NCBI GenBank assembly: GCA_963728565.1
Contig: CAVSLC010000023.1
Coordinates: forward strand, 192,001 to 256,000
From: an uncultured delta proteobacterium
GTDB taxonomy: Bacteria; Desulfobacterota; Binatia; UBA9968
DNA length: 64,000 nucleotides
Direction of reading: 5' to 3'
Shown: piece after piece, positions 37,749-50,266 of the stretch
How positions within the stretch are numbered: position 1 is the first letter of the stretch
Layout of the letters: each line of letters begins with the position of its first letter
Translations under genes and position numbers: made by a program
Notes under the pieces: generated by a model
What the model saw: only the letters and a program-made list of their open reading frames with translations
Told to the model about the DNA's origin: nothing
Database searches by the model: none

Positions 37749-38861
37749 TTAATGCCAACGGAGGTTGAAAATATTCTCATCGCTCTGCTGCACCGCAGTA
37801 TTAAATCGCTTCCCTTCTCGATTGAGCAGATCCGCCAGCCACTGTGAGTCGGTCGCGGAAGCGCGATTCAATCGAAAGCGGCGGATTTGGGTTGGTATCA
37901 GCCGCAACGCGATAAGTTTGCCGGTGCCGGAATTGATATCCGCAAAGTACATCAGACCGAGATCGCCGCGAAATTGCTCGTGGCCGCTGATGCCCTCATA
38001 ATCATTGAAAAAATCGCCGCAGCCGTAAAGAATCAGGCGCTCTCTGTAGACTTCGATTGCTTTGACATGGTGCGACGAATGGCCGTGAACAATATCAGCT
38101 CCAGCTTCCTCGACCAGCCGATGAGCGAGTCTATTCTCGCTACGGGGAATTCTATAGCCCCAGTTGCTCCCCCAGTGCATCGAGACGATAACGATGTCAC
38201 CTGTTCGTCTAATCGCGCTGATTTCATTCGCTAGGAAGCGCACAAGATCATCCGGGTAGGATTCTATCAGATGCAGGCCAGGCAGGTTTTCTCGGGCCGA
38301 CCATTCGGCCAGGATGCCGCTTGATGTCGAGCCCAGGCCGAAGACGATGACCCTTGTGCGTTCTCCAGTTTTCACGATTGCCGGCGCCCGGGCTTCCTGG
38401 AGGTTAAGGCCGGCGCCGGCGTGTTTGATCTTTACTTTGTCGAGCACGTCGAGAGTTTCGACCAGTCCGGGAATTCCCCAGTCGAGGATATGATTGTTCG
38501 CAACGACGCAGCAATCGACTCCGGCTGCCGTAAGCGACGGAATATTGTCCGGGCTCATCTTGTAGTGGACGTTTTTGCTCTGCCAGTGGGTATCGCTACG
38601 AGTGACCGCCGTTTCCAAATTAATTATCTTCGCTCGTGGTTTTTCGCGCTGAAACACCTCCACCGTGTCGCCCCAGATGTAGCTGAAATCGACCGGGCGC
38701 ATCAGCGGACCGTTTGCCTGCTCGGCAAGCCTTACATATTCGGACGCATTCTCGACGCATGGCTCGTAGAGCCGTGGATCTCCTGGATAGGGTAGGGCTT
38801 GATCGATCCCGCGCGCGGTCATCACGTCACCGCATAAAAACAAAGTCACTGTTTCGTTCAT
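37749..38861 (-). CDS. CapA/poly-gamma-glutamate synthesis-family metallophosphoesterase (Rv0574c-like)
   Basis: LCGDVM, INLET, ANNHILDWG, SMHWG, HGHSSHH, YGCGDF. Confidence 0.92.
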   Translation of the reverse strand: MNETVTLFLCGDVMTARGIDQALPYPGDPRLYEPCVENASEYVRLAEQANGPLMRPVDFSYIWGDTVEVFQREKPRAKIINLETAVTRSDTHWQSKNVHYKMSPDNIPSLTAAGVDCCVVANNHILDWGIPGLVETLDVLDKVKIKHAGAGLNLQEARAPAIVKTGERTRVIVFGLGSTSSGILAEWSARENLPGLHLIESYPDDLVRFLANEISAIRRTGDIVIVSMHWGSNWGYRIPRSENRLAHRLVEEAGADIVHGHSSHHVKAIEVYRERLILYGCGDFFNDYEGISGHEQFRGDLGLMYFADINSGTGKLIALRLIPTQIRRFRLNRASATDSQWLADLLNREGKRFNTAVQQSDENIFNLRWH

Positions 38862-38922
38862 GCGGCTAGCGTCTTTTCAGCACGGACTGCGCACCAAAGC
38901 GATTCAACGAAGAGCCTGGCCG

Positions 38923-39303
38923 TCACGATTTCGACTGCTTGCTCGGGCGGCCGACTGTGCGAAGACAGGCCGCTGTGTCGATGGACGCCTTTCCAAGATT
39001 GACATAGTCGGCAACCGAGATGCCCTCGAGCCGGGTCGGTTCCTGCCAGTACAAGCTGATGTCGAGTTGAGCGCGCTCGTAGAGCCGGAGCGCATTGATG
39101 GACCTGCCTTCGGATAGGATCTCGCCGCGGTTGGGGTGTATCCTTCACAACCTAAGATCACGTAAGCCCAGTGAGCTCGTGCCTGATCCGTTGGTTCCTA
39201 CCAGGGCGTGAATTTCTCGAGGGTTGATACTAATATCAAGCCTATCGAAAATACTTTGCCCTCCGATCTGGAAGGAAAGATTCTTGACCTGTAATAGTTG
39301 CAT
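38923..39303 (-). pseudogene. SufC/SmsC-like ABC ATPase remnant
   Basis: Manual translation across two shifts: MQLLQVKNLSFQIGGQSIFDRLDISINPREIHALVGTNGSGTSSL/YVILGCEGYTP/RGEILSEGRSINALRLYERAQLDISLYWQEPTRLEGISVADY; Walker A Lys lost, truncated. Confidence 0.75.
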
Positions 39304-39333
39304 AGCGACTTGTCACTGCTTAATCGTCGAGTT

Positions 39334-40275
39334 TCATGCGTGCGCTAAGACATTGCCGAGTGATTCCCGGCGATACAGTCGCTGGATCGTTTCCGCCAAG
39401 AGCGGTGCCAACGACGAGACCTGGAGGGGCAGAGGAGATCGCTCAGGTCTGGGCACACTGTCGGAGACATAAATCTTCTCGATCGGCAGTTGTGCCAGCC
39501 GATCGACGGCGTTACCTACGAACAAACCGTGGCTCGCCACGACCTTAATGCCGGAGGATGAGCAGCCGGCGTCGAGCAGCGCTTTAATCGCCTTCTCTAT
39601 GGTTCCGCCGGTTGTGATCATATCATCAACGACAACTATCTCTCTGTCGCGGACATCGCCGATGATGCGTTGGACGGTGACTTCGGCGCCGCTGATGCGA
39701 GTTTTATGGATAATCGCCACCGATAAACCGAGCAGCCTGGCGTAGTGCTCGGCCATCTTGACCGCGCCAAGATCCGGCGAGACAACAACGCCATCTTTGT
39801 GGACCGAAGGTCGGACGGCATTAGCTAAAATTGAGATGGCGCTTACATGCTCTACCGGAACCGCAAAGGCGCTTTCGACTGCGCGGCTGTGAAAATCCAC
39901 GACCACGACTCGCTGGACTGCGCAGGCAGCGATCAGATCGGCAAGCAGCCGCAAGCTCACGGGCTCGCGCCCGTGGGCGCGGCGGTCCTGCCGGGCGTAG
40001 CCGAAATAAGGGATGACGGCTGTCAGGTGAGTCGCTCCCGCGCGGCGGCATGCATCGGCCAGAAAAAACAATTCAAAGAAGTGCTCGTCCACGGGGGGAC
40101 GGGTCGGCTCAATCAGATAAACGTCACACCCGCGCACGCTCTGTTTGATTTCAATGTTTAGCTCACCGTCGGGAAAACGCTCCAAAATCCGCGGCACAAG
40201 CTCGACCCCAAGATTTTTTGCAACCTCTTCAGCAAGTGGATAGTTTGACGAACCTGTGACGATCTCAAGGCTCAT
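39334..40275 (-). CDS. prs: Ribose-phosphate pyrophosphokinase
   Basis: RFPDGE, IPYFGYARQDRR, DFHS, VVSPDLGAVK, VVDDMITTGGT, ASHGLF. Confidence 0.95.
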   Translation of the reverse strand: MSLEIVTGSSNYPLAEEVAKNLGVELVPRILERFPDGELNIEIKQSVRGCDVYLIEPTRPPVDEHFFELFFLADACRRAGATHLTAVIPYFGYARQDRRAHGREPVSLRLLADLIAACAVQRVVVVDFHSRAVESAFAVPVEHVSAISILANAVRPSVHKDGVVVSPDLGAVKMAEHYARLLGLSVAIIHKTRISGAEVTVQRIIGDVRDREIVVVDDMITTGGTIEKAIKALLDAGCSSSGIKVVASHGLFVGNAVDRLAQLPIEKIYVSDSVPRPERSPLPLQVSSLAPLLAETIQRLYRRESLGNVLAHA

Positions 40276-40292
40276 GGTCTCTCCTAAAGCCA

Positions 40293-41723
40293 CTAGCCTT
40301 TGATGCAGATTACCGGTTCGAGCCGCGCGACGGTGCGCGCCAAGCCAGCATGATCCGCCGCTTCAACCACTTCTGTCACGTCTTTATACGCGCCCGGCGC
40401 TTCTTCGGCGACGCCGCGCATCGAACGGCTACGAATCAAGACGCCGCGGCTCGCGAGATTTTGAACGACCTCAGAGCCGCGCCACTGTCGACATGCTTGA
40501 TGCCGACTCATGCTGCGGCCGGCGCCGTGACAGGCGGAGCCGAAGGCGAGGTCCATGCCTGCCGTCGTCCCTGACAATATATAAGATGCCGTCCCCATGG
40601 TTCCGCCAATCAGCACGGGCTGTCCAACCGCTCGCAACGGCTGGGCAATTGCGTGATGTCCCGGGCCAAAGGCGCGTGTCGCGCCCTTGCGATGGACGAA
40701 GAGATGCATCTCTCTTCCATCAACAATATGATCTTCTACCTTACAGGTGTTGTGCGACACGTCATAGAGCAACGGCAGCTCCGCTTGCGGAAAAATTTCC
40801 GTGAACGCCTCGCGCACGAGATGCGTGATGATCTGGCGGTTGGCGAGCGCGCAGTTGATGGCGCCTCGCATAGCGCCCAGATAAGCTCGGCCGACCGTTG
40901 AGTAGATCGGCGCGCAAGCGAGCTCGCGGTCCGGTAAATCGATGCCATACTCGGATGCGGCGGCGGCCATGCGTGTCAGAAATTCCGTGCCGATTTGATG
41001 GCCGAGACCGCGCGAGCCGCAGTGAATAGTGAGGACGACGTCGCCTTCGAATACTTTAAAAGCTGAAGCAATTCCGCGGTCAATGATCTTGGTGACATGC
41101 TGGACTTCGAGATAATGATTCCCCGACCCGAGAGTTCCCATTTCATCGCGCTGGCGCTTCTTGGCGCGATCGGAAACTTCGGTTGGGCGCGCATCTGCAA
41201 TGCAGCCGCTTTCCTCGATCCTTTGTAGATCTTCAACCGTTCCGTAACCCTGCTTTACCGCCCATTGCGCGCCGCCCAAGAGCATCGAGTCCATTTCCTT
41301 GTCGTTCAAACTAAGCTTGCCTCGACTGCCGACGCCTGCGGGAATTCTGTGGAAGAGCGCATCGGCTAACCTTTCCTTCACCGATTGAATCTCTTCGAGG
41401 GTCACCCCGGTCAAGAGGGTGCGCACGCCGCAGGAAATATCAAAGCCGACGCCGCCGGCGGAAATGACGCCGCCATCGTCCGGGTCAAAAGCCGCTACTC
41501 CGCCGATTGGAAAGCCATATCCCCAATGGGCATCGGGCATGGCATACGAGGCTCTGACGATCCCCGGCAGAGTCGCGACGTTGGTTACCTGTTCGTAAAC
41601 CTTTTCATCCATGTCGCAAATCAACGACTCGGTAGCGAAGATCACTGCCGGCACTCGCATTTTGCCGTGAGCAGCGATTCGCCATTGATGTTCCGTTTGT
41701 CTCTGCAACCGCGTGGTATCCAC
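40293..41723 (-). CDS. rtcB: RNA ligase RtcB (archaeal/eukaryote-like long type)
   Basis: MPDAHWGYGFPIGGV, GFDISCG, GTLGSGNHY, HCGSRG, YDVSHN, HRKGATR, GGTMG, SACHGAGR, EEAPGAYK. Confidence 0.97.
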   Translation of the reverse strand: MDTTRLQRQTEHQWRIAAHGKMRVPAVIFATESLICDMDEKVYEQVTNVATLPGIVRASYAMPDAHWGYGFPIGGVAAFDPDDGGVISAGGVGFDISCGVRTLLTGVTLEEIQSVKERLADALFHRIPAGVGSRGKLSLNDKEMDSMLLGGAQWAVKQGYGTVEDLQRIEESGCIADARPTEVSDRAKKRQRDEMGTLGSGNHYLEVQHVTKIIDRGIASAFKVFEGDVVLTIHCGSRGLGHQIGTEFLTRMAAAASEYGIDLPDRELACAPIYSTVGRAYLGAMRGAINCALANRQIITHLVREAFTEIFPQAELPLLYDVSHNTCKVEDHIVDGREMHLFVHRKGATRAFGPGHHAIAQPLRAVGQPVLIGGTMGTASYILSGTTAGMDLAFGSACHGAGRSMSRHQACRQWRGSEVVQNLASRGVLIRSRSMRGVAEEAPGAYKDVTEVVEAADHAGLARTVARLEPVICIKG

Positions 41724-41732
41724 GAAACTCTC

Positions 41733-42155
41733 CTAGACGTCAACAACGCACTGCGCCAGCCAGGCGCCTCCTGCGTCTTGCGCCACCTTTAACTCCGTGC
41801 ACGTGGCGCCTTTGACCTCAACGGCCAACTCATGTCGATTGGCATCGATAGATTCACCCCAGGCTTTGCCCACCAAATTGTGTCCGTCGATGTGAACCTC
41901 GAATCGCGCGAACAGCATGGTTCGCGTCGCCATCTCGTAAACCAAAGCATTAAGCCATTCGACGAGTAACAACTCATCGTCAGGTGCTTCGCATGTCACC
42001 TGGACAAGCTCTTTGGCCGCGACGGAGTTGGGGTCGGTGATGACCGCCGTCAAGGCGACAGCCGCCTGCTCGAAACACTCCTCCTTCGAGCTTCCTACGC
42101 CTCTTACGCCGATGTCGGCACCGTGAGGGGTGAGCTCATAACTGGCTTTAGCCAT
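41733..42155 (-). CDS. Archease (RtcB activator)
   Basis: HGADIG…F.QAA.AL…LLVEWLNAL…WGE…EVKGAT…VDV, immediately upstream of rtcB. Confidence 0.93.
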   Translation of the reverse strand: MAKASYELTPHGADIGVRGVGSSKEECFEQAAVALTAVITDPNSVAAKELVQVTCEAPDDELLLVEWLNALVYEMATRTMLFARFEVHIDGHNLVGKAWGESIDANRHELAVEVKGATCTELKVAQDAGGAWLAQCVVDV

Positions 42156-42387
42156 TTACCTTCCATCGAACGCTGCGGCTCATTCTCAAGGCAACCAGTA
42201 AGGTCACTTTGTAAGCCGCTTGAGCCCTCGATGCTTGGCTGCTTAGTGCTTGGGTCCGCAAACTGCCCGGCGTCAAGGTTGGTGGTCATGATCGGCTTCC
42301 TGCCCATCACATGGACAACTCTTCTCCCGCCGTTTAGCGGTCATTCTCTCCAAGTGAACGGCCGATCAGGGTTATTGCTCGCGCAAT

Positions 42388-42720
42388 TCAAGACTCGCCG
42401 GCTCTGATAACGTTTGGGGCGGTCACTTGGTAAAGCTCTCGCTTCGATGATTCCTCCAACAGACCGGAAATCCTTTTCGCCCACGGCTGAAAGTCGAGTC
42501 CTTCTGTGACTGTCTTAATTTGCCGCTCCAGAGTTCCGGGATCGTCTACTTCCTGCTCAAAAACCAAATCCGGAGCGCCCAAGGAACCGAAGTGTGTGCG
42601 CATAACTCGGGCGTTCCGCCCGCCCGCATTTTCTACCCATTTGAGAAGCGTCAGCAGTCCCTCTTCAACTTCGTGGGTCTTTCCAGGCAACGTATGAAAT
42701 GTCAGCCGCGATACATACAT
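42388..42720 (-). CDS. Hypothetical dimeric alpha/beta-barrel (NIPSNAP/ABM-like) protein
   Basis: MYVSRLTFHTLPGKT…VFEQEVDD…RELY; SD AGGAGG; first gene after a sigma54 promoter. Confidence 0.7.
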   Translation of the reverse strand: MYVSRLTFHTLPGKTHEVEEGLLTLLKWVENAGGRNARVMRTHFGSLGAPDLVFEQEVDDPGTLERQIKTVTEGLDFQPWAKRISGLLEESSKRELYQVTAPNVIRAGES

Positions 42721-42765
42721 ACTTTCGCACCTCCTATTTTTCGCTATCCATGCCGAAATCATTGC

Positions 42766-42878
42766 GCAAGGAAAATGCCAAGGCGCCGAAGCAGACGACT
42801 CGCTGCAATCTTTAGCTGAATCCTCATTTTCTTCTCATATTCGCGAAGCAGAGCGTAATTCTTTCGCATATCGATACA
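42766..42878 (-). promoter_or_regulatory. sigma54 promoter and enhancer sites for the archease-rtcB-prs run
   Basis: TGGCATTTTCCTTGC (42766-42780); TTCTCA-TATT-CGCGAA (42832) and half-site TTCGCA (42863), 31 bp apart. Confidence 0.8.
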
Positions 42879-42977
42879 CGAGTGCTGGCGCGTGTAATCG
42901 ATCATTTAGCGATTAACTGGACTGGAGTTTTCCGGTTCGTCACGGTTTATTTTTCAGAAATGAAATAATCTATCGCT

Positions 42978-43115
42978 ATCGTCGAGGCGCCAGATCCGGA
43001 TACCGCCACTAAGGTGGCATTGCTGATTCGGTCATTTGGTCACGGAACAACCGAGACATGGTTCGCCACGCCGTGGGACCGCTTCGCCGAACTGGCGACT
43101 GCGCTCAAGAGTTAA
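42978..43115 (+). pseudogene. GYD-domain protein C-terminal remnant
   Basis: IVEAPDPDTATKVALLIRSFGHGTTETWFATPWDRFAELATALKS*; no start codon or N-terminus. Confidence 0.65.
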
Positions 43116-43164
43116 CGCCAGCATAGCGTGCTTGAAATTGATGGCTCGCAGTATTCCGGCAGCG

Positions 43165-43524
43165 GACCTCGCCGTGACCGCCCGCCAAAAAGATCGCCGA
43201 AGATGCCGCCGAGATCGGCGAAGCGACCGCCGAAAAAATCGCCGAAATCAAAACCGCGTAAGATATCCTCGGTGGACCAGCGTTCGCTCACCCCGGCGTG
43301 ACCCGCGACATCGTACTGCTCGCGTTTGGCCGGATCGCACAACACAGCGTAAGCCTCAGCGATCTCTCGAAATCGATCCGTGGCATCCGGCGCTGGATTG
43401 CGGTCCGGATGTGAGGTCATCGCTAACTCGCGATAGCCTGTTTGATTTGATCTTGGGTCGCTGTGCGGTCTACACCAAGAACCTCGTAGTAGTCGCGTTT
43501 ATCTGCCGTTGCGACCATGGCCAT
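43165..43524 (-). pseudogene. dnaJ: Truncated DnaJ (J domain plus G/F-rich region only)
   Basis: KRDYYEVLGVDRTAT…HPDRNP…FREIAEAYAVL.DPAKREQYD…GFDFGDFFGG; interrupted near 43425 and truncated. Confidence 0.8.
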
Positions 43525-43806
43525 CTTTTCCCTACGCTATGAAACCGCAGCAATCCCGGCTTAAAGGTGTACCCAGCGGAGAACAACCGCAATCAAAGTT
43601 TCATCACGAAACCTGTCAAGGACACGAAGGTTTGAATGACCGTATTGGTAAACTTCGTGATTTCCGCAATAGTGTGTGACCGTTGTCGCTGCTCGCGCAA
43701 ATGTTCCAGTGACTAGCCTGACGGGCCTCGCTTTAGAAGAGAATTCACCGCGGAGACGTGGAGTACGCCAAGAAAAAAGTTTCATGATACACAGCTTGGT
43801 ACTGCA

Positions 43807-44283
43807 TCAGCGCGGCCGGGCACCCGGGGACGGCGTAACGCGTTTCGAGGGCCACAAATCATTCAACGCTTTGGGTAAGCTATGTTTGACGTCCTCGATC
43901 TCGCCCGCGCTGGTGTGTCGCGCAAGAGTTTTGAAAACCGCGCGCGCGATGCTCTCGGCTCGAGAGCTGAAATCGTCTTTAAAGGCTTCCTTGATAGGCG
44001 CGAGAAAATCTTCCTTGTGCCGCGCCTTGCCCGGTTTCCCTTTGAGCGTCCAACCTTCGTAGTAGAAGCCACGCACCAGCATTGGCAGCTGCGCGCCAAG
44101 TTGGACGGCTTCTTCGATGGTCAAGCGGTCGCGTAGCGCGTGAAGCACGATGCGCAGGGCGAGGTACGCTTTATATGGATGTTCCTGCCAATCGAGCTCG
44201 TTCATAATGTCGTTCAACCAGACGTTCGTCTTTTGCAGGGTGCCGTCAAACACATCATGGCTGTTCTTGCGCCGTGTCTTCAT
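43807..44283 (-). CDS. DUF2267 family protein (second copy)
   Basis: VFDGTLQKTNVWL…LHALRDRL…LGAQLPMLVRGFYYEGW; close paralog of 28054-28482. Confidence 0.9.
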   Translation of the reverse strand: MKTRRKNSHDVFDGTLQKTNVWLNDIMNELDWQEHPYKAYLALRIVLHALRDRLTIEEAVQLGAQLPMLVRGFYYEGWTLKGKPGKARHKEDFLAPIKEAFKDDFSSRAESIARAVFKTLARHTSAGEIEDVKHSLPKALNDLWPSKRVTPSPGARPR

Positions 44284-44374
44284 TCCTACCAGCTGATAGC
44301 GGTATCCCGGACCGGTTTTCATAACAATTCTCCCCAACAATTTTCGAAGAAGCGATCTCAAGTAAGTGAATTGA

Positions 44375-44389
44375 GCAATTCCAGTGCCG
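44375..44389 (-). promoter_or_regulatory. sigma54 promoter for DUF2267
   Basis: CGGCACTGGAATTGC. Confidence 0.75.
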
Positions 44390-44690
44390 CGAGGAATGGT
44401 TGAAAAGCAAAAATATTCCGTTGAACCCGAATCCAAGCGGTAATTCAGCCCGGATTCCGCAGTCAAAACTGAGCGAGGGGCAAGCCTGGAGAAGCGAAGA
44501 CACCGGAGTGTTCAGTTTCAAAGTCTTTCTTGTGCTTGGCTCGCCGCGTCTATTTGCGCGACGTCGTCACGCACGGCACCGACAGTTATCGCCTCTCAGA
44601 GGTAGAAACACATTGTCTGCGCTGCGGAAGGTTTGCTCCTCGCTCATGACTTATCCTTCAACTGCGGAATCCGGGTTCAGGCCAACTCAA

Positions 44691-44802
44691 TTTTCACTTC
44701 TGAAAAAAACCGGCGCATCTCTTCGCAGGACTGGAAAAAACTGCTTCGCGAAGTGCGTCCTGACCGTGCAAAGTTCCGGATTTATCATGGCTTGTTTCTT
44801 GC
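44691..44802 (+). promoter_or_regulatory. Tandem enhancer sites plus sigma54 promoter for acsA-pdh operon
   Basis: TTTTCA-CTTC-TGAAAA (44691) and TTCGCA-GGAC-TGGAAA (44722), 31 bp apart; TGGCTTGTTTCTTGC (44788-44802). Confidence 0.8.
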
Positions 44803-44903
44803 GGTTTAGACTGTTTTTGCAGCGCTGACTTGACCAGATTCGGCAGAGACGCGCGTCGGCCGAACAGATCGTCGTAGCATATGTCTCGACCCGAAAGGAC
44901 GCC

Positions 44904-46661
<1,758 letters not shown>

Positions 46662-46703
46662 TGGCAAAGCGCGGCTGGCCTCAGTTCTGAGAAGAAAGGA
46701 TAC

Positions 46704-46920
46704 TTTGACGACGATGGCACGAAGGACGCAGAGGGTTTAGGAAAACAACTGCGAGCTTTGTGCTCATCGTGGTGAAACTGGATTCTTTCATAGAGGATAC
46801 CAAACCCGGACAGGGCGTGACTTACCACTAAGGACACTAACGACACGAAGCACACGAAGATTCGGCAGGAGTTTTATCATTCTCCTCTCCCGTTCATGCT
46901 CTTCGGTGCTTCGCGGCGAC
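46704..46920. repeat. Two REP-like imperfect hairpins built from CACGAAG-type 9-nt units
   Basis: TTTGACGACGATGGCACGAAG…CTTTGTGCTCATCGTGGTGAAA; ACCACTAAGGACACTAACGACACGAAGCACACGAAG…CTCTTCGGTGCTTCGCGGCGAC. Confidence 0.6.
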
Positions 46921-46935
46921 AGGGAGACTTTCTCG

Positions 46936-47931
46936 ATGCCCCGACATGCAAAACAAAAAGCGCAGGCGATCGATCGCGAGCATGCGCTGCATCTGCTCAA
47001 AGAGATGCTGCGCATTCGCCGCCTCGAGGAAAAATGTGTGGAGCTCTACACCGCCGCTAAAATTCGCGGGTTTGTCCATCTCTATATCGGCGAGGAGGCC
47101 GTTGCCGTGGGCGCGATGGGCGCGCTCGAGTCTGAAGATAATATCGTCGCAACCTACCGAGAGCACGGCCATGCACTGGCGCGCGGCATGTCGGCCAACG
47201 CGATCATGGCGGAAATGGTCGGCAAAGTGGAAGGCTGCAGCCGCGGCCGCGGCGGGTCCATGCACCTGTTCGATGCCGCCACGCGATTTTACGGCGGCAA
47301 CGCGATTGTCGGCGGCGGGCTTCCGCTCGCTGTCGGTCTCGCGCTGGCGCAAAAGCTCGCCGGGCGACAACAAATTACCGCCTGTTTCTTCGGCGAGGGA
47401 GCCGTTGCCGAAGGCGAGTTTCATGAATCGCTGAATCTTGCCGCGCTGTGGAAACTGCCGGTGCTGTTTTGCTGTGAGAATAATCTCTACGCCATGGGCA
47501 CGGCGCTATCTCGTTCCGAATCGGAGATCGACATCTGTCTCAAAGCCGCTGCGTTCGAGATGCCGGCGTGGCCGGTGGACGGCATGGATGTCATCGCCGT
47601 CGAAGACGCCACCCGGCGCGCCGCCATCGCCATCCGCGCCGGCGGCGGGCCGCATTTTCTCGAGTACCGTACATACCGCTTCCGCGCCCATTCGATGTAC
47701 GACCCGGAGCTTTACCGCGACAAACATGAAGTGGACGAGTGGAAGAAGCGCGATCCGATTCCGAGCTTGATCGAGTGGTTGAAACAACAGAACCTCTGGC
47801 AGGAGGAAGAGTGGAGCCGCATGGAGGAGGAGGTCGCACACGAAATCCAGCAGTCTGTCGAGTTCGCCGAAGCGGGCCATTGGGAACCGGTGGAAGAGTT
47901 GACGCGCTTTGTTTACTCGGAGGTGCAGTAA
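46936..47931 (+). CDS. pdhA: 2-oxoacid (pyruvate) dehydrogenase E1 alpha
   Basis: [30 protein letters not shown]…ENNLYAMGT (TPP motif), [11 protein letters not shown]. Confidence 0.93.
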   Translation: MPRHAKQKAQAIDREHALHLLKEMLRIRRLEEKCVELYTAAKIRGFVHLYIGEEAVAVGAMGALESEDNIVATYREHGHALARGMSANAIMAEMVGKVEGCSRGRGGSMHLFDAATRFYGGNAIVGGGLPLAVGLALAQKLAGRQQITACFFGEGAVAEGEFHESLNLAALWKLPVLFCCENNLYAMGTALSRSESEIDICLKAAAFEMPAWPVDGMDVIAVEDATRRAAIAIRAGGGPHFLEYRTYRFRAHSMYDPELYRDKHEVDEWKKRDPIPSLIEWLKQQNLWQEEEWSRMEEEVAHEIQQSVEFAEAGHWEPVEELTRFVYSEVQ

Positions 47932-47938
47932 ATGCATC

Positions 47939-48004
47939 GTTCAAAAATTCAATGTTCAACGTTCAACGTCGCCGCCCCAACCTTGAACTTGGAACCTTTG
48001 AACC
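47939..48004. repeat. Heptamer-unit inverted repeat
   Basis: GTTCAAA/ATTCAAT/GTTCAAC/GTTCAAC … TTGAAC/TGGAAC/TTGAAC between pdhA and pdhB. Confidence 0.65.
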
Positions 48005-48014
48005 GAGACGAGAT

Positions 48015-49010
48015 ATGAACGGGGAAAAAGTAAAAACCACGTATAGAGAAGCGATGCGCGCGGCGATCCGCGATGCGCTGCTGCGCGACCAGCGGGTCTT
48101 TCTAATGGGCGAGGATGTCGGCCGCTATGGCGGTTGCTTTGCCGTCAGCAAAGGTTTGCTCGATGAGTTCGGTCCCGAGCGCATTCGCGACACGCCGCTT
48201 TCCGAATCGGCATTTGTCGGCGCGGGAATCGGCGCAGCGATGGGCGGTGTCAGGCCGATTGTGGAGATCATGACCGTGAATTTCAGCCTGTTAGCATTGG
48301 ACCAGATCGTCAACAACGCCGCGACGATTCTGCATATGTCGGGCGGGCAGTTCAACATTCCACTGGTCATCCGCATGACCACCGGCGCCGGCCGTCAACT
48401 GGCCGCGCAACATTCGCACAGCCTCGAAGGTTGGTACGCGCATATCCCAGGGATCAAGGTGCTCACGCCTGCAACGCTGGAAGACGCCCGCGGCATGCTC
48501 TGGACGGCGCTACAGGATCCCGACCCGGTGCTGATTTTCGAAAATGGTCTGCTCTACAACATGGAAGGCGAACTGGCCGCGGATGCTGGGCCGGTCGACA
48601 TCTCCAAGGCGGTGATTCGCCGTCCTGGACAACATATCAGCTTAATCACTTATGGCGGCACTTTGTTCAAGACGCTGGCGGCAGCGGAAGAGCTGGCGGG
48701 CAACGGCATAGATGCCGAGGTCGTTGATCTGCGGACGCTACGGCCGTTGGATACGGCGACTGTTATCGGCTCCGTAAGCCGCACACACCGCGCCGTTATC
48801 ATCGACGAGGGCTGGCGGAGTGGAAGCATTTCCGCCGAGATCATGGCGCGCATCATGGAGAACGCTTTTTACGAGCTCGATGCGCCGGTTGCGCGGGTTT
48901 GCAGCGTCGAAGTGCCAATGCCTTATCCCAAGCATCTCGAAGACGCGGCGATCCCTCAGGTTCCAGGAATCGTCGCGGCGGCGCGGCGAGTAGTGACCGG
49001 CCATGAGTGA
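48015..49010 (+). CDS. pdhB: 2-oxoacid dehydrogenase E1 beta
   Basis: [32 protein letters not shown]. Confidence 0.93.
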   Translation: MNGEKVKTTYREAMRAAIRDALLRDQRVFLMGEDVGRYGGCFAVSKGLLDEFGPERIRDTPLSESAFVGAGIGAAMGGVRPIVEIMTVNFSLLALDQIVNNAATILHMSGGQFNIPLVIRMTTGAGRQLAAQHSHSLEGWYAHIPGIKVLTPATLEDARGMLWTALQDPDPVLIFENGLLYNMEGELAADAGPVDISKAVIRRPGQHISLITYGGTLFKTLAAAEELAGNGIDAEVVDLRTLRPLDTATVIGSVSRTHRAVIIDEGWRSGSISAEIMARIMENAFYELDAPVARVCSVEVPMPYPKHLEDAAIPQVPGIVAAARRVVTGHE

Positions 49011-50229
49011 ATTTCGCATGCCCTCGCTGGGAGCCGACATGCAATTCGGCACCATCGTCGATTGGCGCGTGAAACCAGGCGACGCCGTCAAAAGGGGCGA
49101 CGTGGTGGCATTGGTGGAAACTGAAAAAGGCGTGATCGAGGTCGAGATCTTCGAAAGCGGTGTCATTGAATCTCTCCTCGTTCAGCCAGGGCGGAAAGTC
49201 CCAGTGGGAACGACCCTGGCGACATTGAGCGGCGATGGCAAGAAGGTGGAGGCACAACCGGCAGCAAAGGCGGCGGTTGCTCCGCCGACCACGGCGGCGC
49301 CGCCCAAAGCCGAGATCGTGCCCGCGCAAGTCGCGGCAGCGGCTGTAGCGGAGGAATCTCTTCGTCTGCGGGTTTCGCCGCTGGCGCGTAAACGAGCGCA
49401 GGAACTCGGCGTCGATCTATCCACTCTGACCGGCACGGGTGGGAAGGGTTCGATTACCATTGCGGACGTTGAACGGGCAGCAGAAAGCGCCAAGACAATT
49501 ACGCCGGCAACTGCGCCTGTAGCGAGCAAGGGGTTGGATCTTACAGCGATGCGCCGGGTGATTGCCACCGCAATGGCGCGGTCGAAGCGCGAAATCCCGC
49601 ATTATTACCTTGCGACGACCATTGATATGGGCAAAGCCTTAGATTGGCTCGACGCAGAAAATGCCAAGCGAGCTGTGACGAAAAGATTGCTCTACTCCGT
49701 GCTGCTCATTCGCGCCATGGCTTTGGCATTGCGCACATTCCCCGAACTCAATGGCTTCTGGATCAACGAGGCATTCAAGCCGGGTGACGGCATTCACATC
49801 GGCATAGCGATTTCTTTGCGCCAAGGGGGCCTGGTCAATCCGGCGATCCACGACGCGGATAAGAAAAGTTTGGAGGAACTGATGGAGAGCTTGCTTGACC
49901 TGGTAAACCGCGCGCGCAACGGTCACCTGCGCAGCTCGGAACTTTCCGATGGTACGATTACGGTCACCAATCTCGGCGAACAAGGAGTCGAAACTGTTTT
50001 CGGCGTGATCTATCCGCCCCAGGTAGCGCTGGTCGGTTTCGGCAGGATTTCGGATCGGCCTTTTGCAGCCAACGGAATGTTCGGCGTGCGGCCAATGCTC
50101 GATGCCACGCTCGCTGCCGACCACCGGGTCAGCGACGGTCATCGCGGCGGCCGCTTTCTTTTGGCCATCGACCGTTGGCTGCAGGAACCGGAAAAGCTGT
50201 GGGAAAGACCGGCGTTCCAACAATCCTGA
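49003..50229 (+). CDS. pdhC: Dihydrolipoamide acyltransferase E2
   Basis: Lipoyl domain (MPSLGADM…VETEKG), PSBD (VSPLARKRA…GTGG.G.I), catalytic DHRVSDG. Confidence 0.92.
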   Translation: MSEFRMPSLGADMQFGTIVDWRVKPGDAVKRGDVVALVETEKGVIEVEIFESGVIESLLVQPGRKVPVGTTLATLSGDGKKVEAQPAAKAAVAPPTTAAPPKAEIVPAQVAAAAVAEESLRLRVSPLARKRAQELGVDLSTLTGTGGKGSITIADVERAAESAKTITPATAPVASKGLDLTAMRRVIATAMARSKREIPHYYLATTIDMGKALDWLDAENAKRAVTKRLLYSVLLIRAMALALRTFPELNGFWINEAFKPGDGIHIGIAISLRQGGLVNPAIHDADKKSLEELMESLLDLVNRARNGHLRSSELSDGTITVTNLGEQGVETVFGVIYPPQVALVGFGRISDRPFAANGMFGVRPMLDATLAADHRVSDGHRGGRFLLAIDRWLQEPEKLWERPAFQQS

Positions 50230-50266
50230 TTAGGATTGAAAGAGATCGGTAGAGAGGGGCACTAGA

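Noticed and set aside
46678-46729. Half-palindrome plus TGGCACGAAGGACGC before pdhA
   Set aside because: Poor -12 element, embedded in the REP-like repeat, and no paired site at 31 bp.
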